A stretch of DNA of 64,000 nt. Origin: an uncultured delta proteobacterium (lineage in GTDB: Bacteria; Desulfobacterota; Syntrophorhabdia; Syntrophorhabdales; WCHB1-27). Below the pieces are notes generated by a model. It saw only the letters and a list, made by a program, of their open reading frames with translations, was not told the DNA's origin and did no database searches. The stretch spans positions 64,001 to 128,000 of the forward strand of contig CAWEPK010000017.1 of the NCBI GenBank assembly GCA_963810935.1, written 5' to 3'. A program made the position numbers and the translations under genes. This document shows positions 11,397-21,216 of the stretch, in pieces. Each line of letters opens with the position of its first letter. Position 1 is the first letter of the stretch.

Positions 11397-12666
11397 CTAT
11401 CTCTTGCCGCCCCCCTTTCCGGGAGGGCGGGCGCGTGATCGACCTCCCCTGATTCACGGCCGGCCGGGCTCAGAGGGATCGATACGATCATCGTAGTGCC
11501 CTTGTTCGGTCGGCTTTTGAAAAGCAATTGGCCGTTCCAGAAGCGCACCCGCTCCCTCATGCCGATAATGCCTAACGATCCCGGGCTTGAAAGGTCTTTC
11601 TTGGAAATTCCCCTGCCGTTGTCGGCCACTTTGAGAAGAATGTTTTCGTCGTCCTTTTTCAGGGTCACCCTCACGGCCGTCGCCTCCGCGTAACGCACGA
11701 CGTTCGTCGTCGCCTCCTGGAAAATCCTGAAAAGGACGAGGGCCAGGCCCTTATCCACTTCGGGAAAGACCGGGTCTATCCTTGCCGTGAACCGGATGCC
11801 GGTCGTCTTCTGAAATTCCCCCATGTGCCATTCGATGGCCGCTGCCAGTCCGAAGTCCTCCAGTATAGATGGTCTCAACTCGGAACAAATCCGCCTTACC
11901 GACTGCACGGCGTTGTCTATCTTCTTTGTCATGCCGTCAACCTGCTCGAAGAGGTGTTCCTCGTTGCCTCGCAGACCCTGCCCAAGGCACGCCAGATCGA
12001 TCTTCAGCGCAGTCAGGAACTGACCCAGCTCGTCGTGCACCTCCCGTGCGATGCGGGTGCCGTCTCCTTTCCCGGACGCGCTGCAAATGCTCGGACAGGT
12101 TCCGCAGCCTCTTCCCTCGACCGTTCAAGGGCCTTTCCCCTTTGCAACTGTATCTCCTTGAGCAGTCGTTCACGCTCAAGCTGTTCCTCCGCGTTCTTTC
12201 GCTCCGTGATGTCCTGGTTCGCCCCGTAGCATCTGATGATACGGCCCTCCCCGTCCAGGATGGCTCTTATGCGCGCGACGACGTGGCGCAACTCGCCGTC
12301 GCGCCGTATGATGCGGTGCTCGAAATCGTGAAAGAACTCCCCTTCCCGGTGGGAGTGGCGCTTGTCCCCGGCGTGCAGGAAGAGCGGGAGGTCGTCCGGG
12401 TGGATAAACCTCCGGGCGTATTCCTCCCTGGCCATCAGGTAGCCCCCTTCGCGCTCGGCAGTCGTGCGGTAAAGGGCATAGAAGGGGTCGTTGAAGATGA
12501 AGGTTTCCGTGGCAGGATCGAGACCCCAGTAAACGATGCGGGCGAGGTCCATGACCTGCGACAATTCGAGCTGGTTTTGAAGAAGGGGACCGCTTTTGTC
12601 CCCAACGGGTCTGTCCGCTTTCAGCCCGTCCGAAGGCCCTGTTTTTCTCTTCTTCTTATTCTCCAT
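11390..12666 (-). CDS. PAS-domain HisKA_3 sensor histidine kinase (frameshifts near 12065 and 12110)
   Basis: PAS_3 IHPDD..DITERK; H-box (V)HDELGQ; LFRIFQEATTNVVRY, DNGRG, GIIGMRER. Confidence 0.8.
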
Positions 12667-12792
12667 CGATCCGCCCGGCCAACCGTCTGTTACGGAGAAT
12701 TGCAACGGCAGAATAATTATAGCATCTTTCTAAGCAGCGGATAATTACCCAAGCCCGTTTGCAGGTGTCCCACCCTCCCCCCGCACAAAGTT

Positions 12793-13650
12793 TCAAATGG
12801 GCCTGCCCTGCCGCCACCCCGGATAGAGCGAGGCGAGCCGGCTCACCGTGTCCATGGAGACGCCGCCGCTGGAGCCGAGTATGAGGCCGCCGTGACTAAA
12901 GCCGCTTTCTGCGCCCTCAACCTCTGCCGCAACCCTTTCCGCGTCCCAACCCACTATGTCGATGTGTCCCATGAAGCAGACCCTTGTCCCGAACTCGGCC
13001 CTCAAAGAGTGAAGGTCCAGCCCCGCCTGGGCGTCTACCGGATGGACGCACGTGTACCCGGCCTCGATGAGCGGTCCTATGATCTTGCGCGTATCCCCGT
13101 CGGAGTGGAAAAAAGCGGCCAGGCCGCTCTCTTTGATAGTCCGGACGATGCGGGCATATACGGGCAGCAGCATCTCCGCAAACCAGACGGGAGAAAAGAA
13201 CAATCCCTGCGTCCCGGCAATGTCGTCTGCAAGGGTTATCGCCGAAATACCCCTATCGGCCGCAAGACGGGCCGTTTCCTCCGCCTCCCGCACCGCAGCT
13301 TCGCATATCTCCTGAAAAAGACCCGGTGTCTTGTGCAGGCTCAGCATGGCGTCGAGGAAGCCGCATCGCCCGACCAGGCGGGAGACGGGACCGTTCAGGT
13401 AACCTGCGAGGAAATACCCTTGAAGACAACCGCTGTTTGAACCGAAGAAGGGGGAAGCCAGCCCGCCGTTAAGATCGACGCCGACAAGGGAGAGACCGAG
13501 CGAGCGGGCTGCGGCGGCGAGACGGGCGGCATAATCGCTTTCCACGCTGAAAAAACCCTCAAGGAAGTCTTCGGCCAGGAACAACTCCCCCCTCGGCAGG
13601 GGATGGACTGCCTCGTGGCCGAGGGCCGCCCTGACCGCGTCTTTGCCCAA
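12793..13650 (-). CDS. Short UroD-family protein
   Basis: ITLADDIAG, FFHSDG, FMGHID, GGLILGSSGG. Probable TTG start at 13650 just after the stop of the upstream gene; the ORF track fuses the two genes. Confidence 0.7.
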   Translation of the reverse strand: MGKDAVRAALGHEAVHPLPRGELFLAEDFLEGFFSVESDYAARLAAAARSLGLSLVGVDLNGGLASPFFGSNSGCLQGYFLAGYLNGPVSRLVGRCGFLDAMLSLHKTPGLFQEICEAAVREAEETARLAADRGISAITLADDIAGTQGLFFSPVWFAEMLLPVYARIVRTIKESGLAAFFHSDGDTRKIIGPLIEAGYTCVHPVDAQAGLDLHSLRAEFGTRVCFMGHIDIVGWDAERVAAEVEGAESGFSHGGLILGSSGGVSMDTVSRLASLYPGWRQGRPI

Positions 13651-13652
13651 GG

Positions 13653-14505
13653 CTACTGCCCGGCCCGCCGCTTTCTGTAGTACGTCGTGAACCGCCTTGC
13701 CCGCGGGTCGCGCCCCATGAGAAGGTCGGCGGCCATCGTGTACGGCTTCATCGTGGCAGGGTTCGTGATCGCTGCATTCAGCCCCGAGCCGATGGCGAGG
13801 GCGAGGAAAGCGCCGTTGACTATCGTCCTGTCGGGCAGCCCGAAAGAGGCGTTGCTCGCGCCGTAGTACGAGGTTGAGGCCCAGGCTGTCGTAGACGCGG
13901 TGCATCGTGTCGAGGGTGACGGCTACGGCCTTATCGTTGACTGCGCTCGACTCCGCGACGCAATCGACGAGGATATCTTCGGGGGCGAGGCCCGCAGCTT
14001 GCGCCTGCTCAAGGATCCGCCTGACGACTTCGAGCCTTTCTTGTGCAGTCTTCGGTATGCCCGACGCGTCGGAGGCGAGCGCCACCAGGGCAGTGCCGTA
14101 ACGCTTTGCGACCGGCAGCAGGGCGGAAAGCACATTATCCTCCGCAGTGGCGGAGCTTACGACAGGCTTGCCGCACCCAAGGGCGAGCGTTATTTCCAGG
14201 GCAGCCGGGTTCCTGCTCTCTATGCACAGGGGGACATCGACCTCTTCCATTACAGCGGCGGCCGCCATAGGGAGGATGCGCGCCTCGTCGATGCCGAAGG
14301 CGGCCACGCTGACGATGAGCACGTCCGCCCCCGCCTCCACCTGCTCTGCCGCCACCCTGCGGATAGGCGCCATGTCGCCGGAAATCATCGCTTCTTTGAC
14401 CGGCCCCTTGCCGAACGGGTTTATGCGCTCGCCTATGATGACCGTAGGCAGGCCCGGCCCTATGACTACTTCCTTGCCCTTACTGCTTACGAGTCGTGTT
14501 TCCAT
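13653..14505 (-). CDS. Pterin-binding methyltetrahydrofolate:corrinoid methyltransferase (MeTr/AcsE-like; frameshift near 13861)
   Basis: IIGERINP, QVEAGADVL, DVPLCIES. The continuation GASNASFGLPDR..SAAITNP..ADLLMGRD..RAGQ* is in a shifted frame ending at TAG 13653. Confidence 0.8.
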
Positions 14506-14506
14506 G

Positions 14507-15757
14507 TTAATAGACACCGTACTCTTTGGTGAAATCGATCATCATCCTGATGTTCTCGGCCTTCGCGTTGTCGAGGCTCGCCGCTGAGTCCATGATGTAC
14601 CCGCCGCCTGGTGCGCAAACGTCGATGAGCTTCTTGCAGTACGCCTTCACGTCATCGGGTGTGCCCGTGACCATCAGCGAGAGGGGCACGTTGCCTTTGA
14701 TGCAGACCGTATCGCCCAGTATCTCCTTTGCCTTGAACATATCGGTCGCCTCGAACCCGTACAATGCGCGGCCGGCAGGTATGTCCTTCATATAGGGAAG
14801 GCGGCTCGTGCAGTTGCCTTCCCAGAGCGGGCACGGCATGCAGCCGGCATCGATGAGGGCCACCATCAGCTCCCTTAAGGTAGGCCAGAAGAACGTCTTG
14901 TACTGCTCGAGGGACATGAAGCCGTCGAGCCCCTTGTGGATGGGTATGAAGATCCTCGGGTTGCCGGACGCCTTCGCCGCGCCGATCGCCATGTCGCGCA
15001 TTATGTAAAAAAGCTTCTCGCACATCTCTATGACTTTTTTCGGCCTCCGGTACATATCGAGCATTAGGCCCTTGGTGCCCCTGAAGTAGTCGCCCAGCGT
15101 ATCAAAAGGGGCCTGGGTGAAGCCCCCGTACTGCATGGGGAAGCCCGCCTCTTTCGCCTTCTTCGTGAATGCCGCCGCGTAGGTGGCGACCCTGACCGAC
15201 TGCTCGCCCGCTTTCTTCAGCGTGTCGAGCGCAGAGGCCACCTCCGGCGTGCTGAACGGGGCAAAGCCGAAGGCCATGCCCATCGCGTAAGTCACTATGT
15301 TGCGGGGCGGGTTGATCTTTTCAAAGCCTTTAAGCGCGGCGAAGGCGCGGGGCCAGTATTTCCTCAGCATGAAATCGGTAGGGTCGAAGAGGAAATGGTC
15401 GTATTCGTCGGCAGTCATATATTCGCCTTCGACGAACTGGTAGGTAACGTCGCTCGCCAGGCCGTGCCCCGGCCATTTAAGCTGCGTGTGGTCGAGGGTG
15501 TCGAGGTGGGGACCGATGAAGCGCAGGGCGAACGGGTTCTGGTCCATGTCGGGCGCGAACTCGGTCATCACGCGCCAGTAAGCCTTCTCCAGCTTCTCCG
15601 GGTCGTACAGGACGTCCTCCACCGTAATGCCGGAATAGGCGGCCGGGAAGAAGCTGAAAAGGGCCGTCACCGGCACGCGGTCGGGCTTCTTCAGGGCTAT
15701 GGCGTCGAGTACTCTTTTTTCGCGCTCAGCGTAAAGTTCTTCAGGTGTAGTGGTCAT
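14507..15757 (-). CDS. UroD/MtaA-fold methyltransferase-like protein, copy 2
   Basis: EREKRVLDAIALKKPDRVPV, APFDTLGD.FRG, KGNVP, GTPDDVKAYCKKLID, GGGYIM. Confidence 0.85.
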   Translation of the reverse strand: MTTTPEELYAEREKRVLDAIALKKPDRVPVTALFSFFPAAYSGITVEDVLYDPEKLEKAYWRVMTEFAPDMDQNPFALRFIGPHLDTLDHTQLKWPGHGLASDVTYQFVEGEYMTADEYDHFLFDPTDFMLRKYWPRAFAALKGFEKINPPRNIVTYAMGMAFGFAPFSTPEVASALDTLKKAGEQSVRVATYAAAFTKKAKEAGFPMQYGGFTQAPFDTLGDYFRGTKGLMLDMYRRPKKVIEMCEKLFYIMRDMAIGAAKASGNPRIFIPIHKGLDGFMSLEQYKTFFWPTLRELMVALIDAGCMPCPLWEGNCTSRLPYMKDIPAGRALYGFEATDMFKAKEILGDTVCIKGNVPLSLMVTGTPDDVKAYCKKLIDVCAPGGGYIMDSAASLDNAKAENIRMMIDFTKEYGVY

Positions 15758-15758
15758 G

Positions 15759-16388
15759 TCACGCCCCTATCCACTGCCGGCACAGGTTGACGGCGGCAAC
15801 CGCGTCTTTTCCGTAGGCGTCCGCGTGCACGTATTTGCACACCTCGTCGTCCATCTGGCCTCCGCCTATCATGATCTTGACGCCCTTGCGCAGCCCGGCG
15901 GCGTCTAAGGCCTCCACCGTCTTCTTCATGGCGTCGAAGGCGAGCGTCAGAAAGCCGGAGAGCCCAACCACCTGCGGCTTGAACTCCCTCACCTTCTCAA
16001 CGAATACCTCCACGGGGACGTCTATGCCCAGGTCGAGGACCTCGTAGCCGCTCACGTCTACCATGAAAGTCACGATGTCCTTGCCGATGTCGTGGATATC
16101 CCCGGCCACCGTGCCGATGAGCACCCTGCCCGCCGTGGACGCCGTTGTTTCCTGTTTCAGAAGCGGCTTGACGATGTCCGAGATGCTTTTGAGGATCTCT
16201 CCCGCCATCATCAGGTCGGGAATGAAATACTCGCATTGCTCGAAGCGCTTCCCGACAACCTCCATCGCCTTGCTCGCGTCGTCGAGAACGGCCACCGGGT
16301 CCGTCCCTGCGGCTATAAGCTCTTTGACCAGGGCAACCGTCTCTTCTTCCTTGAGGTCCGCCATCAAATTGACCAGCTTATCGTTCAC
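15759..16388 (-). CDS. Corrinoid (cobalamin-binding) protein, copy 2
   Basis: GTVAGDIHDIGKDIV motif; GTG start preceded by GGAGGAG. Confidence 0.95.
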   Translation of the reverse strand: MNDKLVNLMADLKEEETVALVKELIAAGTDPVAVLDDASKAMEVVGKRFEQCEYFIPDLMMAGEILKSISDIVKPLLKQETTASTAGRVLIGTVAGDIHDIGKDIVTFMVDVSGYEVLDLGIDVPVEVFVEKVREFKPQVVGLSGFLTLAFDAMKKTVEALDAAGLRKGVKIMIGGGQMDDEVCKYVHADAYGKDAVAAVNLCRQWIGA

Positions 16389-16431
16389 TTGCTCCTCCGG
16401 ATATCTTTGTCATTCACGTGTTAGTAGTATA

Positions 16432-16466
16432 AGGCTGCCCGCCCCGCGGGGCAGGCAGCCCTTTTT
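16432..16466. terminator. GC-rich hairpin between dctP and the corrinoid gene
   Basis: GGCTGCC-cGCCCC-gc-GGGGCa-GGCAGCC followed by TTTTT on the plus strand. Confidence 0.45.
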
Positions 16467-16485
16467 AGCCGTAATCACTGTCGGG

Positions 16486-17541
16486 TCAGAAGGGGCTCGG
16501 CACCTTCCGCTGCGCTTCTTCTTTCTTCCAGTACCCTATCCGCTCCTTGATAAAGGCTATCCAGGTGTCCACGTCGGTTGCCTTGAAGCCCTCTTCGGTC
16601 ATGTGCTTCTTGTATGCGCCTATGACCGGCTGGACGGCCTTTACCCACTTCGCCGCCTCAGCATCGGAAAGCGTGATGAGCTTGCCGCCCTTCGCCTTGA
16701 ACACGTCCTTGCCCTCTATGTCCATCTCGTTCCACAGGCGGGCCTGCCACTCAAGCGCCTCGGCGGAGACCTCCGTGAATATCTTCTGTATGTCGGGCGG
16801 CAGCGCGTTCCACTTGGCCTTGTTCATCACGCAGTAGAAGGTGATGCCCGTGCCGAGCTGCGATACGGATGTTACGTTGTTGACGACCTCCGCGAATTTC
16901 CAGTACTTTAGGGTGGAGAGGTCGACCATGATGCCGTCGAGGACCTGCCTCCGCAGCGCCTCGTAGACGTCGGGCATCTCCAGCGGGACGGGTATGGCGC
17001 CGAGGTGCTTCAGCATGTCCGTGGCCTGCCCGGCCCCCCGGATCTTCATGCCCTTAAGCTCCTCCAGCGTCCTCACGGGCTTCTTTACCGTTTCGATTAC
17101 GAGCGGGCCCGTCGTGTTGATGTAGAGCAGGTGTACGCTGTCCCACTCGGCCGGCTTGAACTTCTCATAGAAATCCATGCACGTGTGGCTCGCGACCCAT
17201 CCGCTCGGGAAACCGAGGGGCAGGTCGAAGACCTCCGTCACCGGGAAGCGGCCGCGCGTATACTGGATGTGGGAGACGCCGATGTCGGCGATGCCCGTCG
17301 TTATGCCGTTGAACATCTTCACCGGCGACAGGACGGTACCCCCCGGATAATAGGTGATCTCAACGCGCCCGTTCGTCCGCTTCTTGATCTCCTGGCAGAA
17401 CCTGTCGGTCAAAACCGACATCTTGTGGGTCGTCGGCAGATAGTTGGCGGCCTTCAGCTTGATTACGTCAGCGGCGCCCGCGCTCATCGCGCTTACGAGA
17501 ATAAAGACAACCGAAAGCGAAACCAGCAGCACTTTTCTCAT
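16486..17541 (-). CDS. dctP: TRAP transporter substrate-binding protein
   Basis: Signal peptide; RTNGRVEITYYPGGTV, LKGMKIR, DVYEAL, MNKAKWNALPPDIQ. Confidence 0.9.
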   Translation of the reverse strand: MRKVLLVSLSVVFILVSAMSAGAADVIKLKAANYLPTTHKMSVLTDRFCQEIKKRTNGRVEITYYPGGTVLSPVKMFNGITTGIADIGVSHIQYTRGRFPVTEVFDLPLGFPSGWVASHTCMDFYEKFKPAEWDSVHLLYINTTGPLVIETVKKPVRTLEELKGMKIRGAGQATDMLKHLGAIPVPLEMPDVYEALRRQVLDGIMVDLSTLKYWKFAEVVNNVTSVSQLGTGITFYCVMNKAKWNALPPDIQKIFTEVSAEALEWQARLWNEMDIEGKDVFKAKGGKLITLSDAEAAKWVKAVQPVIGAYKKHMTEEGFKATDVDTWIAFIKERIGYWKKEEAQRKVPSPF

Positions 17542-17631
17542 CCAGCACCTCCCTTTACTTTTTAAAAAATCATCCTGCCCGCATCGGGCGATACAATTCG
17601 TCGTCAAGGCCGGCGCGCGCGGCCGACACCC

Positions 17632-18933
17632 TTACTTGTAGAACACCGACGGGAGCCAGAGGGCCAACTGGGGGAAGAAAAAGAGAAGGCCCCAGACCAC
17701 TACGAGCGAGATGAGAAACGGCGTCACGCCCTGGTATATCCTGCCCATAGGCTCTTTGGTTATGTTCTTCACTACGAAGACGCAGACTGCGACCGGCGGG
17801 ATGACCACGCCTATCATCAATACGACGCCGAGCACCATGCCGAACCAGATGGGGTTGAAGCCGAGCTTCAGGACGGCCGGGTAGAAGATGGGCGTCGCCA
17901 GTATCATGAAGGCGAGGTCGTCGATGAAGGACCCGCCTATCTCGTACATAAAGCAGATGAGTATAAGGACTATGTAGCGGTTGACCGGCAGCCCGACGAG
18001 CCAGTCGGCTATATGCTGCGGGATGTTCGTTATCGCGATGAAATGGCCGAGGATCGCGGAGCCCGCGATCAAAATGAGGACCATGCCCGCCGTCCGCAGC
18101 GACTCGGTGAGCGCCCGCACGTATGTCTTGAAGGTTATCTCCCGTTTTATGACCGAGAGCAGGAAGACGGCGAACGTGCCTACCGCCCCCGCCTCAGTCG
18201 GCGTGAAATAGCCCTGCATAATGCCGCCGACCACCAGGATGAAGACAAGGGCGATCCACGTAAGCTCAGGCAGGGAGGCAAACCGCTCCTTCCAGGTGGA
18301 CCGCTCCGACCTGGGCGCGATTGAAGGGCTCAGGCGCGCCCATCCGTAAATTATGAGAAGGAAGAAAAAGGCGATGACGAGCCCTGGGATGATGCCCGCG
18401 AGAAAAAGCTGCCCAATGGACTGCTCGGTGATTATGCCGAATATGATGAGCGTGACGGAGGGCGGGATGAGCACCCCGAGGGTACCGACCGTGGCCACAA
18501 TCCCGGTCGAGAGCCGCCTGTCGTATTTGAAACGGTCCATCTCGGGTATCGCGACGCTGGCGAACGTGGCGGACGTGGCGGCCGAAGAGCCGCAAATCGC
18601 CTTGAAGCCCGTCGCGCCGATAACCGTGGCCATGGCGAGGCCGCCCGGGATGTGGCCCACGAACTTATGGGCCGCGTTGTACATGCGCACCGCTATGCCC
18701 GCGTGCAGGCCTATCTGCCCCATGAGGATGAAGAGCGGGAAGACCGTGTACCCGTAGCTCGTGATCACATCGTAGACGTCCCTGCCGAGGAGGTTCATCG
18801 CGGCTTGCAGACCGTTAACATAGGCAAAACCGGCGAAGCCCACCAGGGCCATGGCAAAACCGAGCTCGAAACCGGTAGCGAAAAGCGCCAGGAGGACCAG
18901 GAGGGCGACTATGCCGACCGTCACTTCACTCAT
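17632..18933 (-). CDS. dctM: TRAP transporter large permease
   Basis: PLFILMG, GSSAAT, GTLGVLIPPS, FTPTEAGAVG, PIWFG. Confidence 0.95.
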   Translation of the reverse strand: MSEVTVGIVALLVLLALFATGFELGFAMALVGFAGFAYVNGLQAAMNLLGRDVYDVITSYGYTVFPLFILMGQIGLHAGIAVRMYNAAHKFVGHIPGGLAMATVIGATGFKAICGSSAATSATFASVAIPEMDRFKYDRRLSTGIVATVGTLGVLIPPSVTLIIFGIITEQSIGQLFLAGIIPGLVIAFFFLLIIYGWARLSPSIAPRSERSTWKERFASLPELTWIALVFILVVGGIMQGYFTPTEAGAVGTFAVFLLSVIKREITFKTYVRALTESLRTAGMVLILIAGSAILGHFIAITNIPQHIADWLVGLPVNRYIVLILICFMYEIGGSFIDDLAFMILATPIFYPAVLKLGFNPIWFGMVLGVVLMIGVVIPPVAVCVFVVKNITKEPMGRIYQGVTPFLISLVVVWGLLFFFPQLALWLPSVFYK

Positions 18934-19414
18934 GGAGGTCCTCCTTCCACGTCTTTATTATCTGAGAGACGAACACAAGACACTCGACGATGCAGCAGAC
19001 GCCCACCCCGTAAGCGACCGGATAAAAGGGTATCCGCAAGGTGGCCGTCACCTCGCGCGACTTGTGGAACTCCTTGCCGACGCCGAACAGGTTGTACGCG
19101 ATGAGGGCGAAGAGTATTATGCCGAGGATGCGCGTGAAGGTGTACATTGCAGCCTTCCCCCTGGGGCTGAGCCGCTCCAGCAGGAACTCCATGTACACGT
19201 TGGCGTTGTCGAGGGAGACGCAGGGGAAGCAGAACCCGATCACAAGGGCGAGGGACAGAGCCACTATCTCGAACGTGCCGATGATGGGGTGACCGGCAGC
19301 CCGAAGGCTCACGTCCGCAACTGTGAGGAACATCATGAAGCTGAGCGTCGCCCCGCCTATGGCATTGAGCAGGAACTTGCTCCCTTTGAGGAAGGAATCG
19401 AGCAGCCTATCCAT
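18926..19414 (-). CDS. dctQ: TRAP transporter small permease
   Basis: Four hydrophobic segments, DVSLR..PIIGTFEIV; overlaps the dctM start. Confidence 0.85.
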   Translation of the reverse strand: MDRLLDSFLKGSKFLLNAIGGATLSFMMFLTVADVSLRAAGHPIIGTFEIVALSLALVIGFCFPCVSLDNANVYMEFLLERLSPRGKAAMYTFTRILGIILFALIAYNLFGVGKEFHKSREVTATLRIPFYPVAYGVGVCCIVECLVFVSQIIKTWKEDLHE

Positions 19415-19701
19415 CTTGCCTCCCGGAATTTTAGCCGGCCGGTACGTCCGACACCATCAAGACTTCTTTCCGGGGACCTTCCGGTGATTCCTCCGGGACA
19501 GCCCGCGGACTTCCTCACAACCACCAGGTGCGCGTGTGCGCTGACTATTTTATAGAAAAAAAACACCGCCTTTGTCAAGATAAAAGGGAACTTCTATATA
19601 TAACCGGTTAATTTGTATTTTTCATTGGCCGTCAAAGGAATTGTCGCTATTGACTAGATGCGGACGATTTCGGTAAGATAATCGCCAAGAGGTTTCTTCG
19701 T

Positions 19702-20487
19702 ATGAAGCAAGCCGCACCCGGTATAGACCGGCTCTCCTTCGAGCCGGCGTACGTGCAGCTCGTCAATATAATCCGAGGCCAGATAGCGTCGGGGCTGGTG
19801 AAGCCCGGAGAGCGGCTGCCCTCGGAGTCGCAATTATGCGGGCGCTACCGTCTAAGCCCGATGACGGTGCGAAGGGCGGTCAACATCCTGGTGGCCGAAG
19901 GCCTCGTCAGCACCACCCAGGGCCGGGGCACGTTCGTAAAGCCCGTAGAGCTGAGCACGGTCATGTTCAGCATGGACGAGCTGCGGTCCATCTTCGACAA
20001 GAAGGCCACGAATAAAGTGAAACTCCTGGAGGTGAGCGTCGTAAGGGCCGACGCCCCGGTAGCCGCAAGGCTCGACATCGCCCCCGGCGACCGCGTGATC
20101 CTGATACGCCGCCTCATCATAGAAGGGGAAAACCCGATCCTCTACCATCATGAATACCTGGTATACGACCCGGCGCGGCCGATCGTCGAGGCGGAGATGG
20201 AGGTCACCGCGCTCCACGGCCTCTTTGCGGGGACGGGGGAGACGGGCCTGAAACGGGGAGAGCTTTCCATCGAGGCGGCGGCGCTAAGCGAAGATGAGGC
20301 GGCCCTGCTCATGGCGCCACGGGGGCTGCCGTCGTTCAGGCTGGAGCACGTCTTTTACGATTTCGATAACCGCCCTATCAGTTGGGGTTTCTTTACGTGC
20401 AGGGGCGACCTCATACGCTTCCATGCCACCGTCGGCTTGAACGAAGGCGCATGGACGAAAAACCGAAAGCCGGGGGCAGGCACGTGA
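19702..20487 (+). CDS. GntR family (HutC/UTRA) transcriptional regulator
   Basis: PAYVQL..PGERLPSESQL..SPMTVRRA..QGRGTFV followed by a UTRA-like domain. Confidence 0.92.
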   Translation: MKQAAPGIDRLSFEPAYVQLVNIIRGQIASGLVKPGERLPSESQLCGRYRLSPMTVRRAVNILVAEGLVSTTQGRGTFVKPVELSTVMFSMDELRSIFDKKATNKVKLLEVSVVRADAPVAARLDIAPGDRVILIRRLIIEGENPILYHHEYLVYDPARPIVEAEMEVTALHGLFAGTGETGLKRGELSIEAAALSEDEAALLMAPRGLPSFRLEHVFYDFDNRPISWGFFTCRGDLIRFHATVGLNEGAWTKNRKPGAGT

Positions 20488-21143
20488 AGGTTGAAGCCGA
20501 AAGCGCATTGAGCAGTCTTCTGGCCGACCTCCGGGAGGAAGCCGTCCTTGCCGAGGTGAGCCGCCGCATGGCGGACGGGGAGGACCCTCTCCATATAGTC
20601 GAAGAATGCCAGAAGGGCGTGCGGCTCGTGGGCGAGCGCTACGAGGAGGGCCTCTATTACATCTCCGGCCTGATAATGGCCAGCGCGATCATGCACGAGG
20701 TGGGCGACATGGTCCTGCCCGCCCTGAAGGCGCAGGTGGTCGGGAACGAATCGGGGCGCATCCTGCTCGGCACCGTAGAGGGAGACATACATTACATAGG
20801 CAAGGACATTATAAAGGTGCTCCTGCGGTGTTACGGCTTTACCGTCTTCGATCTCGGCGTGGACGTGCCGGCGAAAGACTTCCTGGCTAAGGCGATCGAG
20901 ATCAAGCCGCACATAGTAGGCGTCTCCTGCCTCCTCGATTCGGTCCTGGAAAATATGCGGACGACCATCGGCCTGCTCCGCTCCGAGGCAGGCAGCAAAG
21001 GCTTTTCCCCTTCCTTCATCATCGGCGGCTGCGTGGACGAGCGCGTCTGCAGCCACGTGGGCGCAGACGCATTTGCCTCGGACGCCATGACCGGCATCCG
21101 GCTCTGCCAGGAGCTGATCCGGGGCAAGATAGCCCGTCCGTAA
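20484..21143 (+). CDS. Corrinoid-binding protein, copy 3 (coupled to the GntR gene)
   Basis: GTVEGDIHYIGKDI, FDLGVDVP, IIGG; GTG start overlaps the GntR stop (GTGA). Confidence 0.85.
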   Translation: MKVEAESALSSLLADLREEAVLAEVSRRMADGEDPLHIVEECQKGVRLVGERYEEGLYYISGLIMASAIMHEVGDMVLPALKAQVVGNESGRILLGTVEGDIHYIGKDIIKVLLRCYGFTVFDLGVDVPAKDFLAKAIEIKPHIVGVSCLLDSVLENMRTTIGLLRSEAGSKGFSPSFIIGGCVDERVCSHVGADAFASDAMTGIRLCQELIRGKIARP

Positions 21144-21216
21144 CCGACACTATTGACCTGTCGGAATTGCAAACTCAGTCTCACCGGCGTTAGATTAGCT
21201 AAGAAGAGGGTAGGCA

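Noticed and set aside
12793..14517. 574-aa MeTr-UroD fusion protein in the ORF track
   Set aside because: A frameshift near 13861 creates it. The natural MeTr C-terminus continues in another frame to TAG at 13653, and the linker in the fused ORF is non-protein-like.
19415..19701. Cobalamin riboswitch upstream of the corrinoid cluster (AAAAGGGAA motif)
   Set aside because: The remaining conserved B12-element blocks are not recognisable on either strand.
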